A DNA stretch of 64,000 nt from Oikopleura dioica. Taxonomy: Eukaryota; Animalia; Chordata. Position numbers and translations under genes: made by a program. How positions within the stretch are numbered: position 1 is the first letter of the stretch; every line of letters begins with the position of its first letter. Below the pieces are notes generated by a model that was not told the origin of the DNA, searched no databases, and worked only from the letters and a program-made list of their open reading frames with translations. The DNA is taken from assembly GCA_907165135.1 (NCBI GenBank), contig OU015568.1, positions 8,494,001 to 8,558,000 on the forward strand, in the 5' to 3' direction. Of the stretch, positions 60,207 to 64,000 are shown piece after piece.

Positions 60207-63200
60207 AGTATGAAAACGCCACGACTACCTCTCTCCCCTATGCAAACATAAAAGGCTAGTCATAGAAGGGGCACTTCCATTTCTTTGGATTAGGCGGCGA
60301 AAATCCGCGAAAAATATAGCGCGAGAAAAAAGAGGACCGCAAGATTGAATCGGTCACGCTGCCAAAGCCACTTGAAAGAAGAGCGTATGCAGTTTTATGA
60401 ATACATTTTTATCATTCTTTCGTTTGCAAGAAAAATAACGTGAATTCCGATTCTATCGAATGGAAATATTATCACCTGTATCTTTCGTTGTTCGTTTGAT
60501 TGGTATCATGATTTTTTGCTAGTTATTTCTCGCAGCAGGTAGCATCTCCTGCCGAGTTTATCGACTCAGTCGCGCCATAAAGTGTTCAACTCTGGATTTA
60601 TATTTCGAGAGTCGACCTTTGTTCAGTTAATATGGAAAATAAAATGATCAGCTTGAATATGCAAAATTTTTCTTCGAGTTAAGATTAGTTAATAATTTTA
60701 ACTAGAAGAAAGATGTCTTATATTGAAAACTGAAATTTTGAAAACAAGAAAACGAAAGAATTGTCACGATTACTAGACTGTCTTCAATAAATTCAATTAA
60801 CGTATAGTCTATACCGTATATACCGTATAGTCTAGTAGTAGAAGTCTAAGTAGAAAAACATAGTTTACTTGTTGTGTATTTCAATTACAGGAAAAGAAGG
60901 AAGGAAAATCAGAAAAGCGACGTCAGTTGTCGCCTGGCTCCATTGTTAATCTATTTATGTTGTTGCAGTGCGGTCGTCGTTTCCTTCTGGTGGTGGTGGC
61001 GGCAAGCTGGCACCAAGAGGCGAGCGCAGCCAGACGATTCATTTCAATCGATCAGTTCCGAAATAGCACACAAAAGGCCAGTGTCGCAGCATTTCAGAAT
61101 CTACTCAAATCAGCATTTTTAACAAACAAAAGAAAGAAGTACTGATCAAAATTGTTACTTACGTGTTTAGCAATCGTGAAGATGGGAATATCTTCAAGGA
61201 TTTTGGGTACAAGACGTTTGCAAAATATTCAAATACAATTTTACATATATCAAGATGATGTTAGACAATGCATTTGACAAGAAAAATGTTATATAAAACG
61301 TGTTCACTCGAATGTCGATTTCTCTACTAGCAATATTTTTAAGAACATCCCGACTACGAGTCCAAATATAGTACCTGTAGGCTCCGAAATGATTTCCGCA
61401 GGTATAGAAGGCTTACGGTAGCCCACTTTGACAAAACCTCTTGATTTTATCCAACCATCAATGAGTTCTTTCTAGGAATCTTTCAACCCCTAATTGGCCA
61501 TTACCGCGCGTCAAACATCTTTGTCGAAATTGAAAACGTCCGGTTGGGTTTATTTAACTTTGCGTCGGCGTGTGAAACCGCGTGCATTTTCATTGCTGTC
61601 TCGCTTTGGCGAAATTCAAAGGATGTAAGTGTGATGCGCCTGCGTTGAAATGCAGGAAACGCGACATTTTCGTTTAAACATTTTAGCAAAGGCGCCAACC
61701 GGACGGGCTCAGTCGTGAAAATTGACGGCTCCTGACGCCGCTCCATCCCTTTTCATAATACCAAAAACGCAACACTGTCGACCAGACAATGAAGGAGCAC
61801 CACCTCCGAAGCCAAGTGTGATTGATTTACGCCTTTTGCCGCTGTTTTATTTACGAATAAGGTCACCCGCGCCGGCCAAATAAGGGAAAGATTTTGATAA
61901 TTATGATTTCTATCTGTTTTTGTGGAAAACTTTTTGAAGTCAAATTTTTTTCATAGATTTATTTTCATGATTTGTTTTTCGGAAGAGTCCACTCTTGCCT
62001 CTTCTCAATGAAACCGAGTTCCGTTTGTTTCTGCGCAGAATCTGTTTATATTTTGTCGAAGCTGGGACAGGAGGCCCTCTGATAGTTGGCAGAGAACAAG
62101 ACAGTTCGCAAATTTCACCAGGACCGCGCATAATCCCATCCAGATTTGCTTCCTGTCACTTTCATTTGCCCAGAAAAGCAATAAATCCGTCAACGAGAAA
62201 ATTCTTTTCTAAATAGCTTCTCGGTCAAAGACCCAGGTAAAGTCGTCCGGATTCCGGATCCCGTAGAAGAATCTACAGCGCGATGACTGTAATAAAAGCG
62301 TGCCAAAAGTGGAAAACATAAAATATTACGCTTTGGATTTCCGAAAGTAATTCTCGTTCGGCCGCCGCCTTTGAAGAATTGTAATGCCATAAACATGTTA
62401 AACATGATGTTTCTCGGCGAATAAATGTAAATTTGCTCAAGTTGTGGAAAATTGAGAAGTTGGGAAAATAAATTTCTCTTTCCCGCGTCGGAAAATTAGA
62501 ATGCTGGCCTTTTCCGCCACGGCTAACTCTTTCAACCAGCTAATTTACAAACAACAACATTCGTTTATTTCCCCCTTTGTGGGCTGACGATCATGTGCCA
62601 TGAATTTTGAAATAATAAATAGACCCAAAATTTAGTCGCAAGGGTCTTGTAGTAGTACTGCGATTTTGAGAGGGTAACCATCGTGAAATGTTTTTCTTGC
62701 AAAAAATATCTTTTGAAAGATTTCAGATATACCGGCAAAAAGAACAGGCTGGTTTCTCTGAGGAATGGTAATTGGCAATTAGAAGTGCTGGGAAATGGCC
62801 TCTACAAAAAGTCCCAAAGTCAACAAAGTCGGTAGATATTCATGTCGAGCTCTGATCAAAGGTATTTGTGAAAAAGCTCCACCCTTTTACCACCACCACC
62901 CATTTTCCAGGCGCCTGGGAAAGCGTCAAAATTCTCGACAAAAGAATCCGCAAAAAGCCATTTCTCCTTAACGTTTTCAAGACAGTATTAGAAGCCTCTC
63001 TGCTTTAGTAGCAGATGACCAACTGTAACTCGTTCACTTGCTGACAGATTCTGAAGTGTATGAAAAAGGAAGTGCGCCACCTTCTAACAAGCGGAGAACG
63101 TTGATTGGCGGAGCGGGTTTCCGATCGGATAGGATTCGCGTTTGCCATTTCCGCTTTATGCACACGGGCGCCCCCTTACCACACCGCTCGGTCGGGTTTT

Positions 63201-64000
63201 ACACTTTTCGCGTTCGTTTTTCTTGCGTTTTTGATGCTCTTTCTACTCATAGATAGCTCTAAAGGAAGAAATAGATACTTTCTTACATTACTGTCCATAA
63301 TATATCCACCTTTCTGAAGAAAGTTGTGAATGAAGCTTCAAAAATGTGGTTCAACGTCAAAATATTGGACATTTTTTGAGACTTTCGCGAGAATTATGAA
63401 GCGTAAATTTCTAATCAAAAGTCTTCGGAAAAACTCTGGGCAAAGACACTTCTCACTTATGTATCGTAGATGTAAGAAATACAGTGTTAGCTGGATAAGA
63501 GGAATGAAAGTGTGTCTCCCAAACAAGAAATTAGTGTCGAAGAGGCCTCAACCGAAACAGACCTTTTCGACCTCTTGTGCTATGACATCTTCGAAAGAGG
63601 ATACTAATTGCCTTGCCGATCCTTCCGGTTATTTTCAAAACTGTACCCATGCATGGGACAAATATTTTCACAACACAAGGGGCGAAAAAAAAGGAGAATC
63701 AATTCGAAGGAATTTTGATTGTGCTAATTGACGATAATTTGTTGGAAGAAGAAAGGAGATATGTTTTCAAGGTGAAGTGGGATTAATCGAATTTTGATTC
63801 AACGTAGTGATCATAATTGTATAAATTGAGCTTGATGCGGTTTGTGCAATAAGGTGCACCGATCGGATATCTAAACGTTTCCTTCTTTCACACTGTTTAT
63901 TTTTATTCAGGGGTGATTCAAGGGGTACGCTTCGTTATGAGAAAACTCAAATTATCAAATTGAAAAAATTGACCTTTCGAAAAGGGCGTGTATTTCTTTC

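Noticed and set aside
60200-64000. Short ORFs in the last 4 kb
   Set aside because: No recognisable motifs or consistent exon chain; probably intronic or regulatory DNA of a gene with long introns.

Overview
This is compact eukaryotic genomic DNA, most likely from the larvacean tunicate Oikopleura dioica. That assignment is inferred from the 41-45 nt introns, GA-AG non-canonical introns, TTTCAG acceptors just upstream of start codons, operon-like gene spacing and a Tor-like gypsy element. Host genes, in order: PPM1A/B-like phosphatase, a very divergent hedgehog-like gene, a divergent patched-like gene, GBF1, an unknown coiled-coil gene, OXLD1, GAL3ST, two kelch-like/Cys-rich genes, a CHST sulfotransferase, a BTB-like protein, DRAP1, SIPA1L-like RapGAP, OTUD6 and PDI. 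Main observations: (1) A hedge-domain gene with no Hint/Hog domain nearby (8378-9117, +) lies tail-to-tail about 490 bp from a patched-like gene (9604-13674, -), which has Gli-like sites upstream. This is a candidate linked ligand-receptor pair that the ORF track misses. (2) A 4.8-kb non-autonomous hAT-like element (20-bp TIR, 8-bp TSD) sits in a 41-nt intron of the phosphatase gene. It carries two outward-facing tRNA-like Pol III cassettes, a 56-bp hairpin tandem array, an FN3 gene fragment and nested TTAA MITEs. (3) A young 8.2-kb gypsy/Tor-like LTR element has TA...TA termini, a -1 frameshift signal and a third ORF that is not env. It lies in the last intron of the middle gene of a probable operon. 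(4) A foldback MITE inside a coding exon could be removed as a GA-AG intron. Several frame breaks fall in homopolymer runs and are probably assembly errors. All alignments were done by eye; no database searches were run.
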